From positions 288,001-352,000 of the forward strand of contig OZ242320.1 in the NCBI GenBank assembly GCA_965208125.1: a stretch of 64,000 nucleotides of DNA, given 5' to 3'. The first letter of the stretch is position 1; each line of letters starts with the position of its first letter. Below the pieces are notes generated by a model. That model was given only the letters and a program-made list of their open reading frames with translations, was not told where the DNA came from and ran no database searches. Positions 46,315 to 57,071 of this stretch are shown in pieces. This DNA is from Candidatus Latescibacterota bacterium (GTDB lineage Bacteria; Latescibacterota; UBA2968). A program made the position numbers and the translations under genes.

Positions 46315-49122
46315 ATGAAAAGCGCGTACAAACCTGGGGATATCGAAAACGCCCGGCAAAATCTATCTCGCTATGGTTGGGCACAGGAAATCGTGAATGG
46401 CTGGGCGCAAAGCGTTGCATTTGCCATGCAACAAGATCGAGCGTTTTTCGACACAATGATCTCCGAATTGACCCCCGGCACGCATTATGGTCAAAACTGT
46501 CCGAACTGCGTGGGCAAGCAATCGCTAATGGGCGGCGGACTCTTTGACTGGCACATTGACAGCCCGGATGAAATTACTTGTTGCGCCTGTGGCGCGGTTT
46601 ATCCCAACGCACAGTACCCGGAGACCGGCGTACTGGTATGCCCGCGGATGGGTCAGCAGTTTACCTATTATGAAACGCCTGAAGAAGTGGCCGATCCCGA
46701 AAATTGCGCAAAACACGCGCTCAAATGGCTGGGAGACCGCCCCACAATGACGAGTTTTAGCGGTCATATTCGAGATCGCAAAGCAGGCTGGGCGCGAAGT
46801 CAGGCATCGACACTCGCCAAGCTGTACGCAGTAACTGGTGACATTGGATACGCGGAACGCGCGGTGTGGATCCTCGACCGGATCGCCCGGGTATTCCCGA
46901 ATTATCTCTACCATTCCTACGACGGAAGTATTGCGGACTGGTCACCTGCGGAGGTAGCGGCCAACATGGGCAAAGAAGAGGCTGAGGGTGGCCCTCGCGG
47001 AGGGCGCTTTCCAAAAGATGCGATCTGCCACGCCTACGGTTTGCACCAATTTGAGGACTACTCGACACTAAATAACGGATTCTGGGGCGCGGGCCGCATG
47101 AACGTCCACGGAAAGGGAAGCGATGCCGGAGCGCTATATGTACTGACCGTTGCCTACGACCTGATCCGCGATGCAGAATACGCACCTGGCCGCCGATTGC
47201 TGGACGGAGATACGGAGCGACGGATAACTGAGGACCTGATTCTGGCCGGATGTACGGACATGATGCACTGGAACTCTCTAAGCAACAAGGGCACAGCGGT
47301 TTTTGTATTAAGCGCTGCGGTGGGAATGCTTCTGGATCACCCGCAGAAAGTGCGGCACGCGCTGGATGGCTTCAATCGGATGCTGGCGGATCGGTATCAT
47401 CACGATGGTTTTTACTCGGAATCGCCATCCTATTCGGCTCACAATCTTTTCAACGTGCATGAACTGGCCGACTTGCTACACGGATATAGCGATCCCCCCG
47501 GTTATCAGCCAGAAAAAGGCGAGCGAATCGAGCAGTTAGACATGTTTTCAAGCGGGCGTTACCCTCTCTCCCTGCTATCTCTGACAAAAATGCTCGCACC
47601 CGGCAACCGCATGCCAGTGATTGGCGATACGCAGTACGATACCGAAGCGAACCTCCTTTCCGCTGAAATCCTCGCCGCTCGCCTCGGCGGCGCGTACGCC
47701 GGCTTGCTGGAACTTATTCAAGGAGCACCTTTATCCAAAAAAGGCGGAGAATACGCGCTGTGGTACCGCCCTTATGACCTGCAATCAGAGGCGGCGACTC
47801 TACCCTTGCATTCCGAGTGGTTCCCCGGCTGGCATGTGGGCGTCTTGCGCGGCGGCCGAGATGACACCGCGCTTTATTTAAACGGCAATGAGCACCAGTG
47901 GACCCTGCAAACCAGTCACCGGCAGCAAGATATCTTGAGCCTGAGCTATTACGCTTATGAGGAGGAACTCGCCTCGGACCGCGGTTACTTTTCCGGCAGT
48001 AGCCAGCAACTACCTGACGGGCGCAGCGGGCAGGTTTGGGTAAAAAGCAGTCTATCGCACAATCTGGTAGTAGTCGATGAGGAAGAGCAGAATAACACGG
48101 CTTGCGGTTCCAACCTGGAATTATTTGGCACATCACCCGGTATTGAAGTCGTACAGGCCTCGGGCGTGAATGTGTACCCCCAGTGCGAAGAATATCGACG
48201 CACCTGCGCGATGGTGACAACGCCGGAAGGACAAACCTATAGTGTGGACCTCTTCAGGGTCAAAGGCGGACGGATCCATCAATACAATTTCCACTGCAAT
48301 GGCTCACCAATGGGCATAAACCCGACAACGCCATCGCCACAGGCAGTAGCTCTGGGAGACGCCTGGGATATGTGGCTCGAAAATCCACGGGCAATCGCAC
48401 CCCAAGAACCGACCACATTTACATGGCAATTTCGGGATGTGAATCTGGACCTGATGTTGTTAAATGTACCAAACCGCATTATTCTCGCAGATGCGCCGGG
48501 CTGGCGGGTTGGAACACCTGAGGAATTGGAAAAACCATCGATCAGACAAATTCTGGCGGAAAACTCGACCAGAGATGACAATGACACACTTACAAGCCAG
48601 TACGCCGCTGTAATTGCGCCCTACAAAACCGGAAATACCCCACTACTTAGCGCGCGATTGCTCGCCGATGATCCAGACGCCGGTGTTCTCGCAATTGAAG
48701 TGAAACTATCGGACCGCACCGATTATATTATCTCAACAAAAGACCAACAAGAGCGACAATTTGGCCCCGTGACCGCTGCCGCGCAATTTGCGTTTGTATC
48801 GGTAAATGATCAAGGCATACAGGGCTATTTGCTGAACGGCACAGTATTGTCGTGTGGAGATCTGCAAATTTCACTAACAGAAGCGAGTACCACTCTAAAG
48901 GTACAGTCGGTGGAGGAAAGTGTATTTCATCTCACAGAACTGTTGCAAAACCCACAAACAGTCGTCGGCTCTTATTTACTGGCCGGAGAGTCACCTCAGA
49001 CGGGTTTTGAAATTGCATCGGCCACAGAAAACGCGATTACCGTGCGGGACTATCCCGCGATTACTTGCGACAAAGTCAGAATCTTAAATTCCGCCTGGGC
49101 GCATGTCGCGTCTTACAAATAG
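46315..49122 (+). CDS. Heparinase II/III-like protein with N-terminal Cys clusters
   Basis: DGFYSESPSY, PVIGD, SHRQQDILSL, SDRGY, SHNLVVVD; CPNC and CCAC near the N-terminus; no signal peptide. Confidence 0.75.
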   Translation: MKSAYKPGDIENARQNLSRYGWAQEIVNGWAQSVAFAMQQDRAFFDTMISELTPGTHYGQNCPNCVGKQSLMGGGLFDWHIDSPDEITCCACGAVYPNAQYPETGVLVCPRMGQQFTYYETPEEVADPENCAKHALKWLGDRPTMTSFSGHIRDRKAGWARSQASTLAKLYAVTGDIGYAERAVWILDRIARVFPNYLYHSYDGSIADWSPAEVAANMGKEEAEGGPRGGRFPKDAICHAYGLHQFEDYSTLNNGFWGAGRMNVHGKGSDAGALYVLTVAYDLIRDAEYAPGRRLLDGDTERRITEDLILAGCTDMMHWNSLSNKGTAVFVLSAAVGMLLDHPQKVRHALDGFNRMLADRYHHDGFYSESPSYSAHNLFNVHELADLLHGYSDPPGYQPEKGERIEQLDMFSSGRYPLSLLSLTKMLAPGNRMPVIGDTQYDTEANLLSAEILAARLGGAYAGLLELIQGAPLSKKGGEYALWYRPYDLQSEAATLPLHSEWFPGWHVGVLRGGRDDTALYLNGNEHQWTLQTSHRQQDILSLSYYAYEEELASDRGYFSGSSQQLPDGRSGQVWVKSSLSHNLVVVDEEEQNNTACGSNLELFGTSPGIEVVQASGVNVYPQCEEYRRTCAMVTTPEGQTYSVDLFRVKGGRIHQYNFHCNGSPMGINPTTPSPQAVALGDAWDMWLENPRAIAPQEPTTFTWQFRDVNLDLMLLNVPNRIILADAPGWRVGTPEELEKPSIRQILAENSTRDDNDTLTSQYAAVIAPYKTGNTPLLSARLLADDPDAGVLAIEVKLSDRTDYIISTKDQQERQFGPVTAAAQFAFVSVNDQGIQGYLLNGTVLSCGDLQISLTEASTTLKVQSVEESVFHLTELLQNPQTVVGSYLLAGESPQTGFEIASATENAITVRDYPAITCDKVRILNSAWAHVASYK

Positions 49123-49134
49123 GGAGGGATTCAC

Positions 49135-50172
49135 ATGCAAATCTTCGATCGATATTCAGATCTCCTGCATCAGATTGAACAGAAAGGCTATCCATCCCAG
49201 GTACTCGGACATACGCCGGATGGATCGCCTCTGGTATGTATCAGAACTGGGGGGGATAAAACACCGGCTATTTTTATCAGCGCGGGCAGCCATTCGACAG
49301 AACAGGCCGGGGTCGGAGCGGCAATGGGACTTCTGGACGCGCTCGACACAGAACACCAGGTCTATGTAATCCCCACCCGTGATCCAATGGGAATGAACGG
49401 ATACGCGTACGCGCTGGGCTTGAGCCTCGACGAAGAGCCGGAATTAAACTCCGTAGAGGATGTCGAGAAAATTCTGCGGGCACACGGCGAGATCCTCTAC
49501 GAAGAGGATGAAACAGTCGTCGCAATTATAGGCGAATACGGGTATTCGACTGAGGGAATTTTTGGAAAATTCGAGGTGGGAGTCGATTTTCTAAAACCGC
49601 TCTTCGGCCGGCGCATTTTCTTTCCATCGAGTGCCGAAGGCATTGAAGGCACTGCCATCTGCCAGAGAGCCTATACGTTAATTGTCAGTCCAGAGGGCGA
49701 AATATTGCACATCAATCGCTTTCACGACACGGCCTGGTCGCCCGTGGAACCGCGTTGCACGCGCAATTTGATGGCTGAAATTCAACCCGGACTAACACTG
49801 GACCTGCACGAATACGGAGGAGATGGCTTCTGGTTCTCTGCTCGTCACCAGCGCAATGCAGATAATGAAATGTGGGAAAAGCGGATGGCAAATGCTATAA
49901 TTCGAGCAGTTGCTGATTCCGGAGCCAAACTTGCGCCAGAAGGTTATTCGCCCGGATCGTTTTTTGAGACAGGAGAACGCGGCGTATTCTGGTTGATAGC
50001 CCAGGAGCGAGGAGAAGGCCTGAATCTGGCCGATTACGGAGCGCATCAATACGGTCCGTCGTTCACAATTGAGACGGGAATGACCATGCAGGGCGGTTAT
50101 CAGGAGCGTGTGCAAACATCTATGCTGGCAGCGCAAATCGCGATTTCGATTTTTGAAGAACGCTGGCATTAA
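49135..50172 (+). CDS. M14-like zinc peptidase/deacylase
   Basis: AGSHSTE (HxxE), HINRF, LDLHE, FTIET. Confidence 0.7.
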   Translation: MQIFDRYSDLLHQIEQKGYPSQVLGHTPDGSPLVCIRTGGDKTPAIFISAGSHSTEQAGVGAAMGLLDALDTEHQVYVIPTRDPMGMNGYAYALGLSLDEEPELNSVEDVEKILRAHGEILYEEDETVVAIIGEYGYSTEGIFGKFEVGVDFLKPLFGRRIFFPSSAEGIEGTAICQRAYTLIVSPEGEILHINRFHDTAWSPVEPRCTRNLMAEIQPGLTLDLHEYGGDGFWFSARHQRNADNEMWEKRMANAIIRAVADSGAKLAPEGYSPGSFFETGERGVFWLIAQERGEGLNLADYGAHQYGPSFTIETGMTMQGGYQERVQTSMLAAQIAISIFEERWH

Positions 50173-50201
50173 ATAAGGCGTTTACATGCTCATGCAGAAG
50201 A

Positions 50202-50447
50202 TCACGATTCCGCGATTAATGAACGGAGCGCTTTATTCACAGAATTGGAATCGGGGAAATGTTGTTTTACATCTGGATCTAACATAACAGATCCATCTTC
50301 CTCTGTGAAACAGCGGGTTTCTATTGAGCCATCCTCTTTTCTTATTTTAACCGTATGTCCTTCACGGTAAGCCTTAAAATGTTTTCCCCGAACTCCGTCA
50401 GAGAAATCGTATTCTGATCGCATGTTCTTATCTTTATTGGCCTTCAT
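50202..50447 (-). CDS. brnA: BrnA-like antitoxin
   Basis: MRSEYDFSDGVRGKH...LDPDV...VNKALR; directly downstream of brnT. Confidence 0.7.
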   Translation of the reverse strand: MKANKDKNMRSEYDFSDGVRGKHFKAYREGHTVKIRKEDGSIETRCFTEEDGSVMLDPDVKQHFPDSNSVNKALRSLIAES

Positions 50448-50712
50448 AATTGCGTCGCTCCCTTCGGGTAGCTTCTCTACTGCTGATGAGACGAATTCGT
50501 GAGCCTCTTTCTGTATAGGATACAACCAAGAATCTTCCTTTTGATGAAAGTCCCAAATCAATATACCGGTCTTCATTTATCGAATGATCTGGATCATAAA
50601 CTGTGATAGCAAAAGGATCGTTAAAAATTGTTTTTGCTTCTTCGAAACTGACACCGTGTTTACTCTCATTCTCCCTGGATTTATTCTCATCCCATTCAAA
50701 TATCAGTGACAA
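50434..50712 (-). CDS. brnT: BrnT family toxin
   Basis: FEWDENK..N..KHGVSFEEA..F.DP, IRLISSREAT..ER. Confidence 0.9.
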   Translation of the reverse strand: MSLIFEWDENKSRENESKHGVSFEEAKTIFNDPFAITVYDPDHSINEDRYIDLGLSSKGRFLVVSYTERGSRIRLISSREATRRERRNYEGQ

Positions 50713-50810
50713 TGGTCATCTCCATTTTGCTTGATTTGTTACATCTGTAGCATTTCAATAATAGCCAAATTTCACGCGTACTACAAGAGAAGAAATTTGA
50801 AGGATACATA

Positions 50811-51125
50811 ATGGACAATATCTTCACATGCATACCGCAATCTCTGGAAAATGAATTTTTTGAAGTCTTGCTAACGGATAAAAGCCTGAAAATAGAGCGT
50901 ATTGTTTCACGCGGACACCGCTCACCTGCTTCGGGCTGGTACGACCAGGAGCAAAACGAATGGGTGATGGTCGTACGCGGCAAAGCAATCATCTCGTATA
51001 AAGACGGCTCGTCAGTCCACCTCAAAACAGGAGATCATATTCATATACCCGCCCACACCGAGCACCGAGTGGCGTGGACGGATCCCGACAATGATACAAT
51101 TTGGTTGGCCGTGCATTACCCGTGA
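50811..51125 (+). CDS. Small cupin protein
   Basis: IERIVSRG, WYDQEQNEWV, IPAHTEHRVAWT. Confidence 0.85.
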   Translation: MDNIFTCIPQSLENEFFEVLLTDKSLKIERIVSRGHRSPASGWYDQEQNEWVMVVRGKAIISYKDGSSVHLKTGDHIHIPAHTEHRVAWTDPDNDTIWLAVHYP

Positions 51126-51137
51126 AGGGAACGCGTT

Positions 51138-52457
51138 ATGAATTTAATCCAAAAAATCGCGCTGTGTACATTTGTCGCGCTTATCGCGTGTGGTGGTAAT
51201 AAACCCACAGAACCAGAAAATGGAGATAATCCCACAGATAGCGGTCTGGATGCACACCGCTTTGATATTACGGAAAACCAGACCAGCGATTTCGGTATGA
51301 ATGCACCTGGTGGACGCGGGGGCAGAATCATTCGGGTGACAAATCTGTTGGCGAGTGGACAGGGATCACTGGAGGCGGCGCTATCTGCATCGGGACCGCG
51401 TATTGTGGTATTCGAAGTGGGTGGGGTAATTGACCTGAACAAAACGCGGTTGAACATTCGCGAACCGTTTGTAACTGTGGCTGGACAAACCGCGCCGAGC
51501 CCGGGCATTACGATTATTCGCGGTGCCATTTTCATTCAAACACACGATGTAATTTTACAACATATTCGCGTGCGACCAGGAGATGCAGGGGAACCCAAAA
51601 GAAGTGGATGGGAGCCAGATGGCATCTCCACAGCGGGTGCTGATGCTTACAATGTGTTGATCGACCACTGTTCGATTTCATGGGCAGTAGATGAAAACTT
51701 GAGCGCGTCTGGTCCAAACACCGAGGGACCGGGTGCGACTTCTCGGCGCATCGCATTTGTCAATTGCATTATCGCCGAATGCCTGAATGATGCATCGCAC
51801 AGCAAAGGCCCGCACTCCATGGGATCGCTGATTCACGACTTCTGCCGAGAAATCGCCATCATCGGCAATTTGTATGCCCACAATGCAAATCGCAACCCGT
51901 ATTTCAAGGCATTTACAACCGGGGTGATCGTGAACAATTTGATCTACAACCCGGGATCCCGAGCGATTCAACTGAGTTTTTCAGATGCCGAATTTAGCGA
52001 TACCAATATTACTCCGCAAAACGCGCGCGTGAGTGTAGTGGGCAATGTAATGATTCACGGTGACAATACGCGGTCAGGACTGGCACTGGTGTCCTCAAAG
52101 GGCGATGCATATCTCGAGGATAATATCGCGCTGGATAGAACAGGGGCTAATGTGCCTTTGACTTCGGGCAATATCCGCATTTTGAATGAAAAACCAATCT
52201 GGGGCAACATCACACCATTGCCCGCATCTGCGGTAGTGGAACATGTGGTGGCAAGCGCGGGTGCGCGTCCGAAAGACCGCGATGAAATTGATCAGCGTAT
52301 TATACGCGAGTTTCTCGAACGCAAAGGCAGGATGATAGATAGCCAGCAGGAGGTGGACGGATATCCCCAGATAAATATGGTCAGACGGCCGCTGGATATT
52401 CCCTCGGATGTGGATGCGTGGTTGGCGCAACTCGCGGCAGAACTTGAAGGAAATTAA
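51138..52457 (+). CDS. Pectate lyase (PL1)-like lipoprotein
   Basis: Lipobox LIAC; GGRGG..IRVTNL, AGQTAP, IDHCSISWAVDE, RNP. Confidence 0.85.
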   Translation: MNLIQKIALCTFVALIACGGNKPTEPENGDNPTDSGLDAHRFDITENQTSDFGMNAPGGRGGRIIRVTNLLASGQGSLEAALSASGPRIVVFEVGGVIDLNKTRLNIREPFVTVAGQTAPSPGITIIRGAIFIQTHDVILQHIRVRPGDAGEPKRSGWEPDGISTAGADAYNVLIDHCSISWAVDENLSASGPNTEGPGATSRRIAFVNCIIAECLNDASHSKGPHSMGSLIHDFCREIAIIGNLYAHNANRNPYFKAFTTGVIVNNLIYNPGSRAIQLSFSDAEFSDTNITPQNARVSVVGNVMIHGDNTRSGLALVSSKGDAYLEDNIALDRTGANVPLTSGNIRILNEKPIWGNITPLPASAVVEHVVASAGARPKDRDEIDQRIIREFLERKGRMIDSQQEVDGYPQINMVRRPLDIPSDVDAWLAQLAAELEGN

Positions 52458-52487
52458 CCGTTAAAAAAAAAGGGGCGGAGAACACAA

Positions 52488-53360
52488 ATGCAAAAACGAA
52501 CACTTGGACGTACCGGGCACCAGAGCACTGTAGCGACCTTTGGCGCATTCTCGGTTGGATATGTGGATCAGGATGAAGCAGACCGCGCCATACAACTCGT
52601 CCTTGACCACGGCGTAAACCACATCGACATCGCGCCGAGCTACGGACACGCGATGGAACGCGTAGCCCCGTGGATGCCCGACATACGGGACAGTGTATTC
52701 CTCGGCGCAAAAACAAATTGTCGCACGCGCGACGAAGCGTGGCGGGATGTGGAACAAATGATGAAGCGACTAAACGTCGAAAACTTCGACCTGTTCCAAC
52801 TCCATTCAGTCGGCACCATCCCCGAACTGGACAAAGCCACCGCATCGGGCGGCGCACTCGATACCCTGATAGAAATGCGCGAACAGGCTCTAACCAGATG
52901 GCTGGGCATCACCGGGCATGGACCGCAGGTACCGAGTACCATCCTGGAAAGCCTGAGCCGCTTCGACTTCGACACCGTCATGTTCCCCCTGAACCCGGCA
53001 AGCATGCGAGACGCGAATTATCGCCGGGACGCCAAAGCACTACTCGCCGAGGCAAATGCGCGCGACATCGGCATCCAAACAATCAAAATGATCGCACGCG
53101 GCGGCTGGGGTACAAATTCAAAAGACTGCAACACCTGGTACGACCCACACCGGGAACAAAAAGCCATAGACCGGTCCCTGTGGTGGGTCCTGTCCCAGCC
53201 TGTACACACCGCCCCTACCTGCGGCGAAATCAGCCTGTTGCCAAAAGTCCTCAACTCAGCCGAACGATTCGTCCCCCTCACCCCTGACGAACAGGTCGCC
53301 GCCATCGCCGCACAGCGACCACCCCAGCCACTTCCAGCGCTGGCGATTCCCGAAGAGTGA
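52488..53360 (+). CDS. Aldo/keto reductase
   Basis: RTLGRTG, IDIAPSYG, DLFQLH, LGITGH. Confidence 0.9.
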   Translation: MQKRTLGRTGHQSTVATFGAFSVGYVDQDEADRAIQLVLDHGVNHIDIAPSYGHAMERVAPWMPDIRDSVFLGAKTNCRTRDEAWRDVEQMMKRLNVENFDLFQLHSVGTIPELDKATASGGALDTLIEMREQALTRWLGITGHGPQVPSTILESLSRFDFDTVMFPLNPASMRDANYRRDAKALLAEANARDIGIQTIKMIARGGWGTNSKDCNTWYDPHREQKAIDRSLWWVLSQPVHTAPTCGEISLLPKVLNSAERFVPLTPDEQVAAIAAQRPPQPLPALAIPEE

Positions 53361-53500
53361 ACCACCCCCATAACCTCTTGCCAGACACGCAAAACTTTGG
53401 CATCATGCAAAAAAAAGCGTTGGACTCTGGGCTTTTTTCCTTCTATGGGCCAAGCCAGATCTGACAAACAACCATCCTTAAATCGAAAAGGAGTTTATCC

Positions 53501-53923
53501 ATGCTCAAGCAAATAGTCGGTGCAATTCTACTTATTGTAGGAGTAGCAGTTGCCATCCACACCGTAGTAGAACCGCTCTATCACGCCTCCAGTGACGGGC
53601 AGCCATACAGTCCGTTTTGGGACATCTTGAATCTGTTGATGATACTATCAATTATACTGGGCCTGATATTCGGATACATCCGCAAGAAAGGCGTCGATAG
53701 CGGCGACGCGATTACCCGCGAATACCTCGCCGCCAACATCCAGTTCTACGGCCTATTATTCGTCGGCATCCTGTTTTTTTGGAACTATTTCAATCTTCAC
53801 AGTGAAGCATTTACCGCAATAGGCGAAGAAACCGTATCCCTCGTGTGGATACTCATCGACGCCAGTCTCCCGCTACTTTTAGGCGCAACGGGCCTGTCTC
53901 TGCTACGCAGCAACGACGAGTAA
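53501..53923 (+). CDS. Hypothetical 4-TM membrane protein
   Basis: AAGGAG SD; four hydrophobic segments; 1 nt upstream of crcB. Confidence 0.7.
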   Translation: MLKQIVGAILLIVGVAVAIHTVVEPLYHASSDGQPYSPFWDILNLLMILSIILGLIFGYIRKKGVDSGDAITREYLAANIQFYGLLFVGILFFWNYFNLHSEAFTAIGEETVSLVWILIDASLPLLLGATGLSLLRSNDE

Positions 53924-53924
53924 A

Positions 53925-54293
53925 GTGGCGCAGCTATTATTCATAGCTGGTGGAGGTGCTCTGGGAGCCTTATTGCGCTATGGCATGTCCATGAGCATAC
54001 ACATCCTGTTCGGACGCGGCTTTCCCTATGGCACGCTCACGGTCAACGTCACCGGATCAATCCTCATGGGACTCCTTTACGTATGCCTATCTGAATATAT
54101 GGATATGCCCTGGCGCGATGGCTTGCTAATAGGTCTCCTGGGGGCGTTCACCACTTTTTCGACCTTTTCCATCGAAACCCTGCACCTCCTCGAAACGAGC
54201 CACCCTGTACTCGCATTGCTGAACATCCTCTTAAGTGTCACCCTCTGCATCGCGGGGTGCTGGATCGGCATTGTAATCGGACGGGTACTATAA
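53925..54293 (+). CDS. crcB: Fluoride channel FluC/CrcB
   Basis: GGALGALLRY, FPYGTL.VN..GS, GLLGAFTTFSTF. Confidence 0.95.
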   Translation: MAQLLFIAGGGALGALLRYGMSMSIHILFGRGFPYGTLTVNVTGSILMGLLYVCLSEYMDMPWRDGLLIGLLGAFTTFSTFSIETLHLLETSHPVLALLNILLSVTLCIAGCWIGIVIGRVL

Positions 54294-54403
54294 AGGGGTT
54301 CATCATACTAAAAAAATGAAATCTGAAAGAACACTCTGACCAATGGCGTGTATAAACAGCACAGACAGAAGACAGTTACAGACACCACACAAAGGAGAAT
54401 TTC

Positions 54404-55627
54404 ATGGTCAAACGCATCATCGCCATTGGCATCATCTTTTTCTGCATCGCAGTAGGCTGGATTATTCTGAGTGCCACCGTCCACATACGCACAGAGGAAC
54501 AGGACGACAAGCTCAAAAATGCTGTGGGGCAACTCTGGGGCACAGCGCAGACCCAGCGAGCTCCGCAAATCTACTGGCTGGAGCGCGTCACCCATATCGA
54601 AACTATCGACGGCGAGTCTGTCTCACGCACAGTAGATGAAAAACACTTCCTGAATCTCAAAGCCAGTCGCATTGAAGTTGACCTGTCTCTGGATCACCGG
54701 CGCAAAGGCTTGCTGTGGTATTCCACCTATCAGGTGCAATTCACAGCCTCGTACACCATGATCAACCCCACCGACCAGAACCGGCACCTGTCCTTTGACC
54801 TGGAACTGCCCGCACCTAACGCAGTGTACGACAACTTCACCTTAACCGTTGACGGCCAATCCATTGCCGAACTCCCAATCCGCAACGGCCATTTAATCCA
54901 ACCCATCGATCTATCACCTGGGCAGGAACTCTCCATTGATCTGTCCTATCATTCCCAGGGCCTGGACCAATGGCGGTACAGTTTTGGGGACCACGTCAAT
55001 CAGGTATCGGACTTTGAACTGGTGATGCACACGGACTTCGCCGCCATTGACTTTCCCCAGGATAGCATGTCTCCCACCTCGAGGACCCGCAATGGCGACA
55101 CCTGGACCCTGACGTGGAAATACAACCATCTCCTCACCGGTATTGACCTGGGCATGATCCTTCCAGCCCGTCTCAATCCCGGACCCTGGGTCGGCAAAGT
55201 CGTTGCCGCCGCCCCCATCTCCCTCTTTCTTTTTTTCTTTTTGCTCTTTATCTTTTCCATTGTGCGCGGCCTCGACCTGCACCCGATGCACTATTTCTTC
55301 ATCGGTGCCGCCTTCTTCAGTTTTCATTTGCTACTGGCTTATCTGGTTGACCACCTGATCATCCACTACGCATTTGTCCTATCTTCGGCGGTCTCCATTG
55401 CCCTCGTCATCTCGTACATGAGGCTGGTCCTGGGCACGCGCCTGGCATTTGTCGAAATTGGCCTGGGGCAATTTGTCTATCTCGTACTCTTTTCCTACAC
55501 CTTTTTCTTTCCCGGCTATACCGGACTGGCCGTCACCCTCTTGTGCATTGCGACCCTGTTCGCTGTCATGCAATTCACCGGCCGCATCGACTGGAACGCG
55601 GTATTTAATAAGGAATCATCTCGATGA
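54404..55627 (+). CDS. CreD-like inner membrane protein
   Basis: N-terminal TM, RKGLLWY, LHPMHY, FHLLLAYL, C-terminal TMs ending IDW. Confidence 0.7.
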   Translation: MVKRIIAIGIIFFCIAVGWIILSATVHIRTEEQDDKLKNAVGQLWGTAQTQRAPQIYWLERVTHIETIDGESVSRTVDEKHFLNLKASRIEVDLSLDHRRKGLLWYSTYQVQFTASYTMINPTDQNRHLSFDLELPAPNAVYDNFTLTVDGQSIAELPIRNGHLIQPIDLSPGQELSIDLSYHSQGLDQWRYSFGDHVNQVSDFELVMHTDFAAIDFPQDSMSPTSRTRNGDTWTLTWKYNHLLTGIDLGMILPARLNPGPWVGKVVAAAPISLFLFFFLLFIFSIVRGLDLHPMHYFFIGAAFFSFHLLLAYLVDHLIIHYAFVLSSAVSIALVISYMRLVLGTRLAFVEIGLGQFVYLVLFSYTFFFPGYTGLAVTLLCIATLFAVMQFTGRIDWNAVFNKESSR

Positions 55628-57060
55628 GTATATCAGTAGAGAAAATCGATCTCAACGTTTTGAACATGCATACGCGATTCCCGTTTAAATACGGAATAGC
55701 ATCGCTCGTGGCATTGCCCCATTTATTTGTGCGGGCGCGGGTCAAAGTCGATGGAAAAACAGAAATTGGATTGGCCGCAGAGGGATTGCCGCCAAAGTGG
55801 TTCACCAAAAATCCAGACGCGCCATTTGAGTCCGATCTCGATGAAATGCTCACCGTTATCCAAAATGCCTGTGATATCGCCCTGCACAGCGATGCAGAAA
55901 ATTCGGTATTTGATCTCTGGCAGACCATTTATGCCAAACAGCGCGCGTGGGCAAAAACAACGGCCTATCCGCCGCTCTTATGGTCATTCGGCGTCAGCAT
56001 GGTCGAACGCGCAGTAATCGACGCCTTTTGTCGGGCAAAAGGCGTGACATTTGCACAAGCTGCAAAAGAAAATGCATTGGGCATTCGCCTTGCAGACATC
56101 CACAGCGAATTGCACGGCAATGAACCCGGCGACCTCTTGCCACACGCGGCGCGGCGATCAATCACCGTGCGGCACACCGTGGGCCTCGCCGATCCATTGA
56201 CCGATGAAGACATCGCGGACGAAGATCGCGTAGATGATGGCCTGCCGCAGTCATTGGCCGCAAATATCGAAGCCTATCAGTTGACACACCTGAAAATTAA
56301 ACTGTGCGGCGATGCAGAACAGGACCTTGCTCGTCTTCGGCAAATCGCGGGCCTGATGCCCGATCAATGCGCCTTCACACTCGATGGCAACGAACAATAC
56401 ACAGAGGTCGAACCCTTTAGAAAACTCTGGAACACCATCCAGGGCGATACCGTGCTCTCGTCTTTTATGGAAGGACTGATCTTTGTCGAACAACCACTCC
56501 ATCGCGACATGGCCCTCAGTGCAACCGTCAAAGCCGTACTAACAGATTGGACCGATCGCCCCCCGATGATCATCGACGAATCGGACGGCGCGCTCGACAG
56601 TGCAACGCAGGCATTGGACTGCGGCTACGTGGGCACGAGCCATAAAAATTGTAAAGGCATTTTCAAGGGCATTGCCAATGCGTGCTTAATAGCTCATCGC
56701 CAACAACGCGACCCCTCGGGAACATATATCTTAAGCAGTGAAGACCTCGCCAATGTCGGCCCCGTGGCTCTGTTGCAGGACCTCGCGGTACTCGCTGTAT
56801 TGGGCGTAGATCACTCAGAGCGCAACGGACATCACTATTTTGCGGGATTGCACATGTATCCCGAAACCATCCAAAAACAAGTACTCGCGCATCACAGCAC
56901 CCTTTATCGCCAACACGCGCGGGGTTTTCCGATCCTAAATGTACGCGAAGGCTCGCTCAACGTAGAAAGCGTAGTCGAAGCACCTTTTGGTTATGGCTTT
57001 GAACTGGACACCCTTCAATTTACCCCCCTCGCGCACTGGACTATAGATGAACTCGCCTGA
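55624..57060 (+). CDS. Uncharacterised enolase-superfamily-like protein
   Basis: KIK, LDGNEQY, FVEQP, IIDESD, SHKNCKG. Confidence 0.7.
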   Translation: MSISVEKIDLNVLNMHTRFPFKYGIASLVALPHLFVRARVKVDGKTEIGLAAEGLPPKWFTKNPDAPFESDLDEMLTVIQNACDIALHSDAENSVFDLWQTIYAKQRAWAKTTAYPPLLWSFGVSMVERAVIDAFCRAKGVTFAQAAKENALGIRLADIHSELHGNEPGDLLPHAARRSITVRHTVGLADPLTDEDIADEDRVDDGLPQSLAANIEAYQLTHLKIKLCGDAEQDLARLRQIAGLMPDQCAFTLDGNEQYTEVEPFRKLWNTIQGDTVLSSFMEGLIFVEQPLHRDMALSATVKAVLTDWTDRPPMIIDESDGALDSATQALDCGYVGTSHKNCKGIFKGIANACLIAHRQQRDPSGTYILSSEDLANVGPVALLQDLAVLAVLGVDHSERNGHHYFAGLHMYPETIQKQVLAHHSTLYRQHARGFPILNVREGSLNVESVVEAPFGYGFELDTLQFTPLAHWTIDELA

Positions 57061-57071
57061 GAGTTAAAACA

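Noticed and set aside
53361-53500. Fluoride riboswitch upstream of the crcB unit
   Set aside because: No GGCGATGG...CGCC / GCTGATGAC consensus is visible.
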